Shown here: one piece after another, positions 12,098-25,700 of the stretch
Layout of the letters: the number at the start of each line of letters is the position of its first letter
How positions within the stretch are numbered: the stretch's first letter is position 1
DNA from: Yuukianura sp. NJ FZ-2021
Taxonomy: Eukaryota
DNA: 64,000 nucleotides
Assembly (NCBI GenBank): GCA_046563655.1
Contig: CM102285.1
Coordinates: 9,176,001 to 9,240,000, forward strand
Direction of reading: 5' to 3'
The notes under the pieces: model-generated
The model's input: the letters and a program-made list of their open reading frames with translations, nothing else
Told to the model about the DNA's origin: nothing
The model's database searches: none
Program-made: the position numbers and the translations under genes

Positions 12098-15000
12098 GAC
12101 GCTTATTTCACGTTGTAATTTTTTTACCAATACTGAATAGGGTTATCGCGCTTCACTGTTGATGGATTTGTCAATAATTAAAAGTTTTTCAAAATTTTTT
12201 TGGTGAGAATTATTAGAATTTTGTTTTTGTTGTTTACTTTTCACAAACTTTCTAAATCAACGGTAGATTTTATACAAAGTTGACACAGCGATTCAAAAAA
12301 TTACACAACATCAAACGCTGTAACTGTAGCAAAAAAAAAAACTCATTCAAATTAAGCATATTTTTGATGAATTTTTAGTTGAGGACACGATATTCGAAAA
12401 AGCAAAAATATATTTTCGATTTGAACAAAAACTGAATAAAGAAAGCCAATTTTACGAGTTGCTTTTGTTTTGCTTCTTTTTCATCATTTTTAGTATTTAT
12501 GAAAAAATTGACTCTTGCGGATGTGCATCCCATTGCGAAATTGCTTTTTTATTTCAATCATCTCTATTTTTCTATTCATAAAAATAGGACGAACAACCAT
12601 TGACAGGAAGTCACCACCCACTAGAATCATGGTCACAACGGTTGAAATTTCAACAAAAATTTGAATCCTCACTTTTTATCCACCTTGTATGCAATTCTGA
12701 TTTTCGCACGGTCCAAAGTCCCAAGTCAGCCCAAAACCTTTGATTCAAAACCACTCCTGAGCCTTCTATTTTTGTTGAATAACTCTTTGCAGCAGTTTGG
12801 AGACAGTGATTGTGCATTAGGTTGAGGCTCTTAACCCCTTCTGTAATGCAAAGGATGACCCCATGGGGGCAAGTCATCTTATTTTGATCAATTGTTCAGA
12901 GATTTGAGAAGTCAGTCACGGAATAAGGATCTACTCTCTGGGAATTGCCATGTAGAGCTCTCCAACTGATTTTTCACACCTGGGAGATGCTCATCTCCCC
13001 AAGTGAGACATGGGAACAGCATTCAGCATTTCTACAGCATTACATTTACAGCATTACAGCATTTCTAGTCAGTCCACCTGTGAAGAATCAACATGAATAC
13101 AATCTTAGCTCCCATAACATGAATAGAATGTTAGTTCCCATTAGAAGTAACTACAATCTCCACAAAGTTACAATTTCCATAGCCACTTTGGACATGAACC
13201 AGTCTTCCCCACCTGGGCAATTGCCAAACGTCATAAAGTCTCGGCGTACCTGTGGAGAACCACTTCAGACAGATCAATGGACCTGATCTGGAGGATGCTG
13301 GGAATGGACCATTATGTGGACACATAACATAAGAAAGAGTGACATCCAGGGCTGGGTCGTGTCTTGGCATCATTTCAACTGACTTTGGAAATTGAATTTA
13401 TATTGAGCAACACTTGGGAGAGAGGGGCCTTAGTTTTTAAGTGGGAGGGAAGCCAAGGGCCCATCTGCTACAAATTCTGTGAAGTTTCTTAAACATTTTC
13501 AAAGATTTAAAAAGAAGAGGGATTGGTCCGAATAAGGACAGAAAGTCCTTTAAACAAACATCCTATTCATCTTCTCAGCCAAATCAAGCGGGTGTCGTTC
13601 CATTTCTCACTCACTTTCCAACACCACCCACCCTCTAAATTCTTCTAACTCAAGAGGAATTCCGGATTTTCAACATTTTCAAACACATTTTGAAAACAGT
13701 TCTAAGTTTCCACTTTTACCAATTTTTCTAAATTTTAGGTTTTATTTCAAAATTAACGATATTACTTTTCGTACAATTCGGCAGGTCGTAGCAAATCAAT
13801 ATTTTTGGAGTTGATCTTGTCTGTGTAAGAAAGTTTTAGCATTTTTTTGTTTCCCACGGTGTGGAATTGGCAAAAATAATTTGCAATTTTTTAGTTGCAA
13901 ATCTGATTGCAAAAAAAGGAGAAACCAATTCATTGTTTCAGAATTTCAGTGAAGCTTGACGAACAGTAATGTTCAAGGTCTTTTGTTAGTAAAGTTCCTT
14001 GAAGTGGATCCTTATGGTAGGATGAAATGATCATTTGGTGGATAATAAGATCTCCATCCTTAGCACTTATGGTGGTTCCATTGTGGTTGAAGTTTCGATT
14101 TCATTGAAGGTCAAATCCAACCATTCATGACGCATTCTAAGCAGCAGAGTCTCGTGAATGAAATGTTTAAAATCAGCAACAGTCGCTTTTCGAAAATTGC
14201 AGAGTCCGTCAGTGTTTTTTTCTTTTGAAAAAATACTGAACAATGGCCGTGACTGCTAAAAATGGCCAGATGCAATCTGTCATCTTCGGACACAAGCTGG
14301 CAAAAGTTCTTACGATAACTTTACATTATGTTCTTTCGTTCAATATGTCTCCACCACATTACTTTTTAAAGGCTTTGCACAAAGAAAAGCTATGAAGAAA
14401 ATGAATGAAAGTGATCTTCGCTGCCTACTTCTGTTGTTGTTGTCAAATCCTTCTTTCAAAAAAGTTAGAATTTGAAAAAAGAAAAAAAAAACGAAGCATA
14501 TGCTTCTTCGCTCCGAAAAAACAGGCAAAGGCAGATGTGATTTGATGCTTCTTTGATTTTTCTGTCATTTGGTGTGCTTACTTTAAAAAAAAACAGCTTC
14601 GTCTTCGGTTGAGTCGTTTTCGTTTTTGCTTTTAAATTCTGGAATTCGTTATATACACAAACAGATGACAATTTTTAGCGCCTACTGTTTCATCCTCCTT
14701 TATAAAAACTGTCTTCTAAAAAAATCTAAATCTTCCAAATATTTTCGGTTTAACTTCAAGTTCCAGATTTGCGCGACTTCTAGGAAGATTTGTGTTTTAG
14801 CAGGAGCCAGTCTGCGTTAAGTCAGGAAAAAATCTAAGGAAGTTTCTCTACTTCTATGCTCTAGAATTTCAATTCCTGTCACCTAAAAACCATCAATTTC
14901 CTTCCTCAGAATTAATCGTTTGAAGCCTTAGCCAACTTAAGAATTTTAATAATATTGTCAATGAACCTTCTCTCTCATGACTTGGCACTTTTCGGACGAA

Positions 15001-15858
15001 AAAGAAAAAGTTTCAAAAGCTAAATGGAGATTTTTGTTATTGAGAAATCCATCTTCGCCTCCCTGTTTCTCCTTTTAGGTTAATGATAGGCCTTAAAAGA
15101 ATTTCAATGAAATTGTGTAATCCTCAAAAATGTGAAATCTGAATCCAAATTACACGAATTTCTGAAAGAATTTATTTGCAACCGTAAGATTAACTCTTAA
15201 AGAGCAGACAGAACTCGGAAGAAGAAAAAAGTTATTGCAAAAGCTGAACGCAATTTGAATTATTTTCGTTTTAAATTCACTGCATTTTTTATTTTCAAGT
15301 TTTTGATGAGTAGCCATTCTTTCGAATTAATGAAATGTCTAACTGAAATTGTAGCTACATTTTTGAAATTACAAATATTTTAAAGTTTAGAGCAAAAGGA
15401 ACTTCTACTTTAGCTTAAATCTTTTTGATTGATTTCTAGCATAAGTCTTAAATTTTAATGAAAATTGTACAACATTTTTTGAGAATCATACAAAGCCAAA
15501 TGCAACCCAAAAACAGGTAACTTTCTCCCACTTTCAACTTGCCCATCCATACAGTCCCACATTTTTCAAAATTTTGAATTTTTTTAAGATTGATGTCTGA
15601 ACTTAATTCGAAACAGACCAAAAATCTTGTGCCAATTGAACTCATTCACTTCTTATGTACAAGTTAACTGGGGTTCGGTTGATGGTTTGCCATGCTTCCC
15701 TCGTCAGTTCCACAATCCATTTTGGAAAGTAGCACATGAACGTAGGAACACGCCTTAAACTTAGCTTCTTAACTATAACTCTCTAGGAAATGTACAATTG
15801 CTAATAAATATTACAATGCATCGGTACAACAATAAAATAAATTCAAAACAAAACTAAA

Positions 15859-15865
15859 ATCACAG
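15859..15865 (-). promoter_or_regulatory. K box (CTGTGAT, miR-2 family seed match) in the putative emc 3' UTR
   Basis: Plus-strand atcacag reads CTGTGAT on the minus strand, ~140 nt downstream of the emc stop. Confidence 0.4.
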
Positions 15866-16004
15866 TCAACAACCAACGGAAAAACTTTCAAAATTCTAGG
15901 AATCTCCAACACTTTTTTTTAAAGAAGCAAGACTTCCACTACTGCTGATGCCTCGAAGCGTCGTCGTCAATTGTAGCACATACACGCACAACTTTTTTCA
16001 ATTT

Positions 16005-19000
16005 TTAGCATGAGACATGTCTCGAATCCAACTCTCCTGAAGGTGATTTGTCAGAGATTTGCGGGATCTGTAACACAAAAAGAATGAAAATTTAGTTTTT
16101 TTTCTTGTGAATCCCCTTTAGCAAAATTACTTTTGAAATGTAAGATCATTTAGACTACAAAAGCAATCAGAGCGAAGCGAAGAGTCTGTTTTCGTTTTTT
16201 TAAGAACTGTAAAGAGCAGTCATTAAACAAGGAACAAAAGAGAGTTCCTGTGGCGGTTTTTAAGAACTTTTTGAAAGCTGACGTTTAGAAATTAAAAAAT
16301 ACCTTGCAGAAGATGCGGAGAGAGATCAGCAGAATAAGTTAGACAACAGCACCACTGCCTTTTTAGAACTAAAAAGACAAGAAAAGAAAACCAAAATTAG
16401 AAACTGAGTTTTACTATTATAGTCAAAGCTAAAATTTGCAGAAAAAGAGTTCCAAAGTCCAAAAATTCGTCATTTCAGTAAAGTTTATGAACTCAAAAAT
16501 TCCAAGTTATTGGAATTTAATCCCAACCCAGGTGTATTGCTGATGTAATTTAGACACTTAACAGGCCATAAGAGTAGGCGCGTGGAAAGCTGATATTAGT
16601 TTAAAAAATCCCATTTAGTTCTTTTGTACTCCCATGAAAATCTTGATTTAAAAAAATCGATTTCAGAAAAAAAAAAACAACTTATTACAGTAGTTATCAA
16701 GTCTTCAATCAGAAGAGAAACATTTCCTTCACACTCCATTAAGTCCAAGGACCGTGTGAATTTAAATTGTAAAAAGAAGTTCTGAAAAGGACCGCTCGTC
16801 ATCCCCTGTGCGTTTCTTTTTTGCATTTCATGACAGATTTGTATCTCTGAACCATAATTTTGAAATGAAATTCTAACTGTCATTTCTAATCTGATTTCGT
16901 TTTAAAAAGTTCTTTGAATATACAGAGTCTAAAACTGTTGTTGTTCTTTGGAAGTCACAGTGGATGATCTCATTGTTCCTCTATTTGTGTTTGAGTGCTT
17001 TGACTTGGTGGTGTGATGTTTTCACAAATTCGCTAAAGTGTGATTAGGGAATCCGGGTGGTCAAGTGCAAAAGTCCCGGGAAGCCAGTTGCACTAAAAAG
17101 CCCAGTATTTATAGTTTTCTAACAAATGTTGCCTCTCGTACTTTGTTCATTGCAAGTTGCACGTCACCAAACTCATACCCTGCTAAAATCGTAGCTGTTT
17201 CGCACTTTTAGTGTACGGATCAATGTGCAAAAATCTTCTACAGTACAATGTGCAAAATGAATCTATGAAATTTCATACACAAATAATGTCATCATTGATG
17301 TGATATGAGCCACTTGAGGGGAAACACCCGGCTCACTTTAGTAGTCAATTGCGACTCGTGACTGACGATGCTAAAAAGCTAAAGTACATAACTTCCTAAC
17401 ATACTTGTCGAAGTAAGCCTTCCAAGTGCAGAGCTGATTAGTAATCATAAAATTTAGGCAATAGGTGTTGTCGTACTTGTGTTTGTACCAAGAAATGCCG
17501 CCACTGCCAACATGTACTTGTACTTCCATAATCATAATCATGTATTGACTCAGACAAGTCGCACAGTGACTACATGAAGTGAGCAGGTGTGCTTGCAAAT
17601 TGTTATTTCGCACAAAGTGAAAGTATCTAATCTGCGCATAACTAAAAATAATAGGGCCTAGTGCTTAGCTTTTTAGTGCAAATGAATTTTAGCGTTTAGA
17701 AGCTAAGCTTCAATGACCTTTGTGCTGCTCTGGTTGTAACTTTGGAAGTTCGGTGGTGCAGAAAGAAGAAAACAATGGGAAACGTCTTGTAAATGGCCAT
17801 TAAAAAACAAAAGAATTATGGTCCTCAGGCCTGTCTCCTACCAATTCATTACTATGTGTCATCCGCCCAAAAATCTGTGCGTACTACCAGCTTCCAAAAA
17901 TTGTACCACTTCCCCTAGCTTTTGAACTTTGATTTTTTCGTTTTGAAAAAAAGTTGCATCTGGCAAAGTACGAAGAAGGCTTCCGTAGTACCAACCGTTC
18001 GTTCTACAAACCGCACAACTTCATCCGGATTAGAAATCTAAAGTGTAGGGTTGAAAACCCAAAATAACAATAAATGCTCCTAAAGCCAACAACATGTGTG
18101 GAAGCACAATTGGATTTTCTAAGACAGGAAACCACGTGTGTGTGTGTGTCTTAAGACCAGTTGGCAATGCATCATCAATTACTATGAATCATGCGTGTTA
18201 TAATTTTTTCAAAATTATTTTTGAAAAATACTAAATTTCTTGAAACAAAAATGGAACGAAAACATTTGGAGCCTAGATGCCATGAAATGAAATTTCAAAA
18301 TCAACCAAAAAAAATCAGTCCCACTCCTAAGTTACGTTCGAAGTGTTCTTTTAGTCATTTCGTTTAGTTATTATTGAAAATAAATTTTTAAGAATGTACA
18401 AGCTAAGCTGACAGAGTTTTTGGTTAGGTTAAAACTAAATAGCGAGTTAGACTAAACTGAAGTGTTACAAAAAGTGCTACTGTTTGAGTCTATTATCTTG
18501 TTGAGTGTTTACCTCCTGAGATCCGCAGTTGAGGGATGAAGTGATGTTATTTGGTGTGGAAATCTGACTTAGGGGCGTTCGGGTTGAGAGGTGATGAAGG
18601 TTTACACTAGAAACATTGTTGTTGTGGTTGATACTTGAGGAGGATGAGGGATGACCTGATGATGCGTCCATTTGTGACATGTCGAGGTCATCTGAGGTCA
18701 TGTCCATCGACGGGATGAGGGGTACACGCGGTGAATTCTGAGGGAGACCGAGCGTTTGTCGCAAATCCCGGATGTAGTCGATGACGTAAGTTATCACTTC
18801 GAGTTTTGACAATCTGTAAAATCAAAATCGAATTTAGTCAAAATTTCAAATTTCTTAAAACTTGGAACGACTTTACTCTAATTTGCTCAAAAACGAAAAT
18901 TTCTCCTTCTGAAAGTCTCTACTTTCTCCTGAATACAAAACTGAAGAAATTTTTTTCTCGACACTTTAATGGAAGATTTGAAAGTTAGGAAATTTAAAAA

Positions 19001-19193
19001 CCGGAAAGGAATTTCCAACTTACTTTTTGTGTTTTGGCATGAAAGGAACAATTTCCTGAAGCTTGGTCAAATAAGCTTTGATTTCCTCATTCTCTTCTTC
19101 CTTATGCTTGGACTTGTGAATTTTGGCGTCAGCGGATCTGATTCCCAGAACATTGTTGTTGGCGTGATGCGAATCCAAAATTTGTGCCTTCAT
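16005..19193 (-). CDS. emc: extramacrochaetae (Id-family HLH protein without a basic region), 177 aa, 3 coding exons
   Basis: Exons 19193-19024, 18813-18513 and 16067-16005 with GT-AG introns in phase. Protein MKAQ...EIKAYLTKLQEIVPFMPKHKKLSKLEVITYVIDYIRDLRQTL...RTPLSQIS...DSRHVSC* matches the Emc/Id HLH signature. Confidence 0.96.
17088..17681. mobile_element. Possible degenerate non-autonomous DNA element in emc intron 2
   Basis: 14-bp perfect inverted repeat TTGCACTAAAAAGC (17088-17101 / 17668-17681), with weaker inward similarity and internal GTGCAAAA / CTAAAAAGCTAA repeats. No target-site duplication found. Confidence 0.3.
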
Positions 19194-19451
19194 TTTGATA
19201 CTTTCTTTTGATTTGACTTCTTGTTAAAAAAATCTGCAAAGCTGCAACACTTCTTCAAACACAGATCGTTCCTTTTCACTGATTGAGAATTCACTTGCTC
19301 AACTTCAACTTTGCTCTAGCTCGTCTGAACTGCAACTGAAACAATTTCTACTCTGTTGTGTGTTGAAATCCCAATTGTTGGTAGCTTTTTAAGCTGAAGC
19401 TGACTCGACTGCAACTGGGCGACTGTTTCAGCTCTAACGTTGGGGAAATGC

Positions 19452-19458
19452 TTTTATA
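19452..19458 (-). promoter_or_regulatory. TATA box of emc
   Basis: TATAAAA on the minus strand, ~260 nt upstream of the ATG, followed ~30 nt later by an Inr-like ACAGTC (~19421-19426). Confidence 0.65.
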
Positions 19459-19788
19459 TGGGGATCTGCGACGAGGTTCGATGGGGAGAGGTGGCCTTTG
19501 AGTTGGGCCCTCCCCTAGTTTTCGTAGGCAGTTTTCGTAGTGGGCAGCTGCATTCTCAGCGATGGATTTGGGATTCTGCAGAATAGGGTTAGGTTTAGGC
19601 TAAGTTAACCTAACTGAAGTGGTGGCTTCGGTGGGACCCTGTGTGCCGACAGGGAAATTTACACTAACAATTGACACAAGGAAACTCTGACTTACTGCCC
19701 ACAAACCATGACGCTTTCTTAGCCACCCGCCTTTTGACGCTTTCATCTCCAACCGATTTCAATTCTAAAAAATCAAAACTAAAATCAC

Positions 19789-22700
19789 TGTGGGAAAATT
19801 TTCACAAAATCTGGTTCGCATAGAAAATGTAAGTTAGTTGTAATTTAGGAGAATTTGAAAGTCGTTCGAAATAACAACACAAGTAACGCAGTAAAAATCA
19901 CTTGGAAAGTAAAAGTTGAAATGTCCAATTGGTTTATTTGCTGAACCAAAATGGAAATCTTTCTCCCAAAACTTTCCTTAGTTTACATATAATTCTAAAC
20001 TAAAAGCTTATGTGTATGTCGTTACTAATTTTTAATACAATCGTGATTCGATCTGAAGTTTAGGTTATAATTTTCGTTTTTTGAAACTAATTTTTCAAAG
20101 TCCGTTACAAAATTCCACGAACAAAGCGTTTGTAATCCTAGACAAGATTTGTAATGATCTTCTCAAAAATCCTGGTCCATAAAATCGATAAGAAAGTGTT
20201 AAGAGTGGCTAAGAGGGCGTGAGAAGTTGTGCCTAGCTTTACAAAAACCAAAGTCATCAACATTTTGGAACAACTGCTGACACTTAACAATTGTGTAACT
20301 AACTGCTTACAATTTCAGTGTAACCAACTGTACATTTTACAGTCTGTTTCTGTTAACATGTGAGTCTGAGCCTCGTCAACCTTTGACCCTCCAGAATTAG
20401 ACATGGTTATGACAAGAAGCACTCTATGTTTTACACATCCCTTTGACAGAATCCAGTTCTGACACAAAGTCAGAGCTTTTCAAGTTGCTAAACCAAAGCC
20501 AGGCGTCCTTTAGGCGTTGGCAAACAAAAGTGACGCAGATTGCACAGTTGTGCACTGATCATTGACAGTTGGATGACATTTGATGGCAAGATACTTTAGC
20601 AGCAGTGCAGCCATTTGGGCAGTTTTGGAATTTCAAATCAACTTCAAATTTCAGAATTTGATCAGAAAATTATGAAGCAGTTGGTTGTCCTAGTTTTATT
20701 AACCTAACTGTGCATTCTGTGCTGGACTTATGAGGAGTCCAATTCCATACATTCACAACGGAAACCAGATGTTTCCCCTCTTCTGACTTCTGGTTCTTCT
20801 TGTACTTCTTTTGGATTCAGAAAATACTTGAGAAACGCTGTTCTGGACAAGACATGCTTTTCAAAATGTTAGAATTGGAACACTTGGGTCTGCTGCTTTC
20901 CGACTTTTCGTCAACTGATAATAGTTTCTAATGACTTGGAGTTGTGACCTTTGCTTAAGGAGCCCTTAGAACCCTCAGCTGCTTTAAGGGCCCACCAAAA
21001 CCTAACTTTCCCCTCGGCCTCCGAACTTATTCAATTCAAAGTTGAGCGATAACTTGACATCAATTTCTCACAGCTAAAAGGAACTGCTCTTAGGCGAAGT
21101 CTATTTGTTTATTTTAAGGGTCACACGGCCCTTGTGAATAAAAGTGTATGAAATTAAATAGGGCTGATGTTGAAAGGTAAGGGGGACTGCTGGAGGGTGC
21201 TCTCCATTCATACGTTGACTAATAGACTGTCTCCTGGCTTCGGTCCTTCACCTTCTGCGTTCCCGCTTATGCTTTCACCGGTTCAGATTGATGAGGACAA
21301 ATAAAAGCAGGGAAGCAGAGGGCCCTGTGACCCTTGGCGTTGTGGAGGGGAGCGGGAAGGACTCCCGGTGTTGTGATCCCTCCGAATGAGACCTGTGGGA
21401 ACCTTATGGGAACTCAAATCAAAAATGTATTCTGCCAAAAAATAAAGTTCTCACGCTCATTCGGGAAAGCAGAATCCATATGCTCCCTGTCAGGAATGCA
21501 AGTTTAAGGGCCCCCTGTCCCCATCCCTTTCGTCCAGATTCAAACACCGGGCACTTTTCCCAGCCTATTAGCTTCAACCTGAAGGGCTCTCACACTTTGG
21601 ATATGATTATAGGGACAGATGATTTGTCTAGAATTGACACTTTAGTCAAATTTAACTTCACCATAACTTAAACGCTACACGGAAAAGTGTTTAATTATAA
21701 AAACGAAATTTTTATTTGAGTTAGCTTTAGTTCAAGGTCAACCGATCCGATGATGTTCACATCTGCATTTTTTTTTATGTTTTTTTAATGCTGACCTTTG
21801 ACCTTAGAAACTAGTCAATAAATTAACTGATGTCACACCTATCGTAAAATGACAGTTGAGCATGTTTCGAGGTTTGTCTTGAAGAAGCCCTTAGAAAGAA
21901 AAACGGGTTACAAGTTTCAATTTTTCACTTGAAAAGACTTTGACACTTAAGATAAGATTAGAAAACTCTACCAAAGATGTATTTTTAAACTTTTAAAAAA
22001 GTAGACTTTTCTTGAAAAAATACACGTAGATAGTAGTTAGGACGCACAGCCCTTTTTGTTGTCTTAAAATTCGTCATTGTCATTTTCCAATCGGAGGTTG
22101 AGCATTCAACGGAGCAGAAGAAAGAATAGGTTAACCTCAGAGTTACACATTCTTGTCAAGATCCCTCAAGATCTTGCCTCCAGATTGTTCCATGTCTGGA
22201 ACACTCAAAACTTTGTTAAGGAACGCAAGGGGACCCTTTAGCTTACTATTTTGTAAGTTGAGAGTCCAGGGATGATGTGGGAGTTGTCCCTTTAAAAAGG
22301 CGTCTCTAAATGGATCTTTACTTTTCACCTGTTAAAGTGCCTTGGCATAGTAGGAACATAGGCGTATAGAAGGGCTCTTTGTAGAAGATGTCTCTGAGAT
22401 TTGATGATGGGCGACAAGCCCTTGAAGGGGACCCTAAAAACTTAACGCCCATTTGAAGGACAAGAACTTTTAGAAGGAGGGGACTTGAAGGATTCGGTTG
22501 GACTCTTGTCTGTTGGACACGAAATTGGGCTTCTCACCTTCCATTGTTATGAAGATCATGATGAGCCATTCCACCTGACTCTGAACAAGAATTCCGTCTG
22601 GATGGCGCCAGATCACCAAGGGACCCCTTAAGGGCCCCTTTTTACCTTCAAAATCAAGTCTGTTACTTTACTTAAGCTTGAACTTAAGTCGGCTTCCCCT

Positions 22701-25700
22701 TTATTCCCTGGCTCATTGTTCTCACGGAAAAGCATTTCTACTTCAAGTACAAATAGAACCTCAAAATAATGCCAAATTATGAACTAATTACTGAAGAAAC
22801 TTGAGAGTGAAGAATGCTGTTTTCTCAAAAACGTGATTTTGAAATGTTTAGAAAATCAACTGAAACTTAAAAAGTTTGTTTCAAGAGCGAAACAATGGAG
22901 AAGGTAAAGTGCTCTTCTAGAAAATGGAAGTGGATTGCCTTAATTGGAGAGGGCCCTTATGTTTCCTTTGATAAAAGACGCTTCAGCAATTCTGTTATTC
23001 CTTAAACTTTCCCAGGAATTTCATTCCGAAATTACTACAAATAATTTAGTTACTACTAATTTTCTGAACTTTCACCAAAACTGCTAGTGAGTGAAAGCTA
23101 CCAAGGTTCAAAAAAATATTTTTACAAATGGCGTTTTCCTGTGAGAAATACAAAATGCCGAAATTTTCTTCATTTTTCTACATCAACTGTCCAAATTTCC
23201 CAGTTTTGAAATGTTGTTGTTTTGAAAACGAATAGTTTTTCTAAAGATGCCAAGGGGCCACTACCCTTAGCCCACCCTCCAATTTCCTTCTGATCAATAA
23301 TCATAAACAAGAAGAAAGTGAAGCTGGGTGGGGCCACGTCACAGTAAACAACAAACCCGTATTTAGCCCTACTAAAATAAACTCCAATTAAATCCAAAAG
23401 GCTTCTTTTACTCTACAGGGTATTAAGTTCCACTTTAGAAAGTTTTGTGGATGATCTTCCATAGCCAATAATTAAACTCCGTTTAATTAACTCAAACCTT
23501 AGCTTTAGCTTTCTTAACGATTTCTCTTTTGTTTATGACCTGGAGGTCAATTTGGCAGAAGTTGAGCGTGTCCTGTTCAAGGGTGCAGAAGCCCTTCACT
23601 TTCTTACAAAAATTTAAGGAGGGGCCCTTCGCTCTTAACTTTCAGCTCTTATTTACTAATTAACAGCGATTCATAGGTTCACCTGCTCTCCAAGGACCAA
23701 ACTAACCTAACCAACACAGAAACCAAGGCGTCCTGTAGCCACTAACTTAAGTGTGGACCACACCCAGTTTGAAGGCCTTTTCATCTGAGGATCCTTTTTC
23801 AAGGTTTTTGAGACGCTGGAACAAGATCCACTCCTAAGTCACTTCCATATAAAGTCTCCCAGGTTACACCACCCAGCGACTAAGGTTTCTTGGCATCTCA
23901 GAATCTTTGAATCCCTCAAGAGTCACTACTCACTTCATCGGAGCCACGGATCTTATTGACACTGTTTTCGGGATGTCAACTAAAAGGAAGGGTGAAGACA
24001 TTGATTTATCTTGGCATCCGAGTTGACAATTTCCTTTTGGACATGGTGCCCTCACTCCAGTTTACAAATGGACAGAAATAGACGTGTCCTTAGAGCCCAG
24101 ATTCACAAAGTCATTGACAGGCAGAGTTTCACATTCTGCAAGGTTTCTGCTGTCACTTCATTTGAGCCAAGGGACTTCGGAGAGGACAAAGGGCCCTTTG
24201 ACTTTCCTTCATTTCCCGAGAAAAGAAAAAGGAAACCTCTATTTTGACCATTTAACAAGAACTTCATAGTTTTGTTATGTCATGTCAAAGGAGGACGGGA
24301 GTAGTGGACGACAAGGGGACCCTTAAACTTGCAGACCAATTATACTCACACTACCCTTGGTCGGTCCAGTTCAGTCGATGTCATAAATTTTGGAGCCCTT
24401 AGAACCATTTTTCAAAATGAACTTTTTCAAAATTCTGTGAAAAGAAAAGCAACCGGAAATTATCCGCTCACTTCCCAACAAAATCCCTCAACGCTTCAAT
24501 TACTAAAAGTTCAAGAGGAAATGGTTTTTTGGACGAATTGGATTTTCTAACAAGATTGGTTTTTGAAGTCCAATTTTTTTGAAAAAGAATCAGAGCAAGG
24601 TTGCTTTCAAGAACAAAGTGACGACGCTCCCTCCATAAAAATCCGAAAATCATTTCCGAATTGGCATTAGACCATAAAATTCAAACGCAAAAAAATCAAT
24701 AGGAAGGTTTGGTGCTGAAAATAACATGAAATGAATTATGGGTTCCGCCCTCGGTACTTCACAAAAATCTGCCCACACTCGTGACTTTTAAAAGATTTTG
24801 AACAGCGCATCTTCTCAAAACTTTAACCGAAAAAGCGTTAAAAGACAATTGGAAATTCAGAAGAGCCCTTTTAAACTACTTTTTGTTCTTTCAGAAAATT
24901 ATGAATAGCTCAATTATGATTCATTAATTTCCAAATTTCCACCTGTCCTGTCTGCCTTTTAGTTTCAAAAGCTTTAGGCGATGACGCGGTCCATTGTCTT
25001 TTCGTATCTTCGTAAGATGAGTAGATGATGTCAGACTAAACAATTTTCTTAACGTCCAGCCATTTCCTATTCTAGTGTCGTTTTTTATTGACTCTACGCC
25101 TTGGTCTTTTCAAAAGAAAGAAAAATGATCTTCTTTTTTTTTAGTTTGAAATTTTGAAAACGGAGATTCGAAATTAGGAAGCTACCGTTCCGGAGGATTT
25201 GTTCCCTTCGGTATTTTGTTATAATAATGGTCAAAAGAGCCTCAAGAATCAAGTCCATGCCGAGTTCGTGCTCATTTTCTCACTGACAATGACTTATTGT
25301 GCATGTCCATCAACATCTTACAACCACGCCCCTGTTATGCCATAGTTTGTAGACTGGACTACACAGTTGATGATGCATGGAGATGCACGTGCAGGACTTA
25401 AGATCACTTCAACCTACGTGAAGGACTTTAAAATAAAATAATCAAGGGCCCCCTTAAGTACAGCCCTTGGAAAAACCCAAATTTGTAGCATCTCTATCTC
25501 TCTGGCTACACAAATGGAAGACACCGAAATGACTTTCTTCTGAGCTACCAAATTAGGATTCGAGCCTAATTTACACTGTTTTTGTTCCTTCTTCATTAGT
25601 CCAAGCCCTATAGAATTTTGGTAATGTTTAAATATGGAGAAACTCATTAGATTTCATGAGAAGGCAATTTCAAAATGTAGCATTTTAGGCTCTAACTTTT

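Noticed and set aside
13017..13066. Five CAGCATT-like units
   Set aside because: Short degenerate microsatellite with no spacers. Not a CRISPR array or other structured repeat.
18477..18512. emc exon 2 reading on to VNTQQDNRLKQ* as an alternative C-terminus
   Set aside because: A good donor at 18512 joins in phase to a terminal exon ending RHVSC. Meeting a stop shortly inside an intron is expected, and there is no evidence of retention.
21394..21455. Su(H) paired site (SPS), here and at 30380-30450
   Set aside because: The orientation fits, but the spacing (46 and 55 bp) is far from the 15-17 bp needed for a cooperative SPS.
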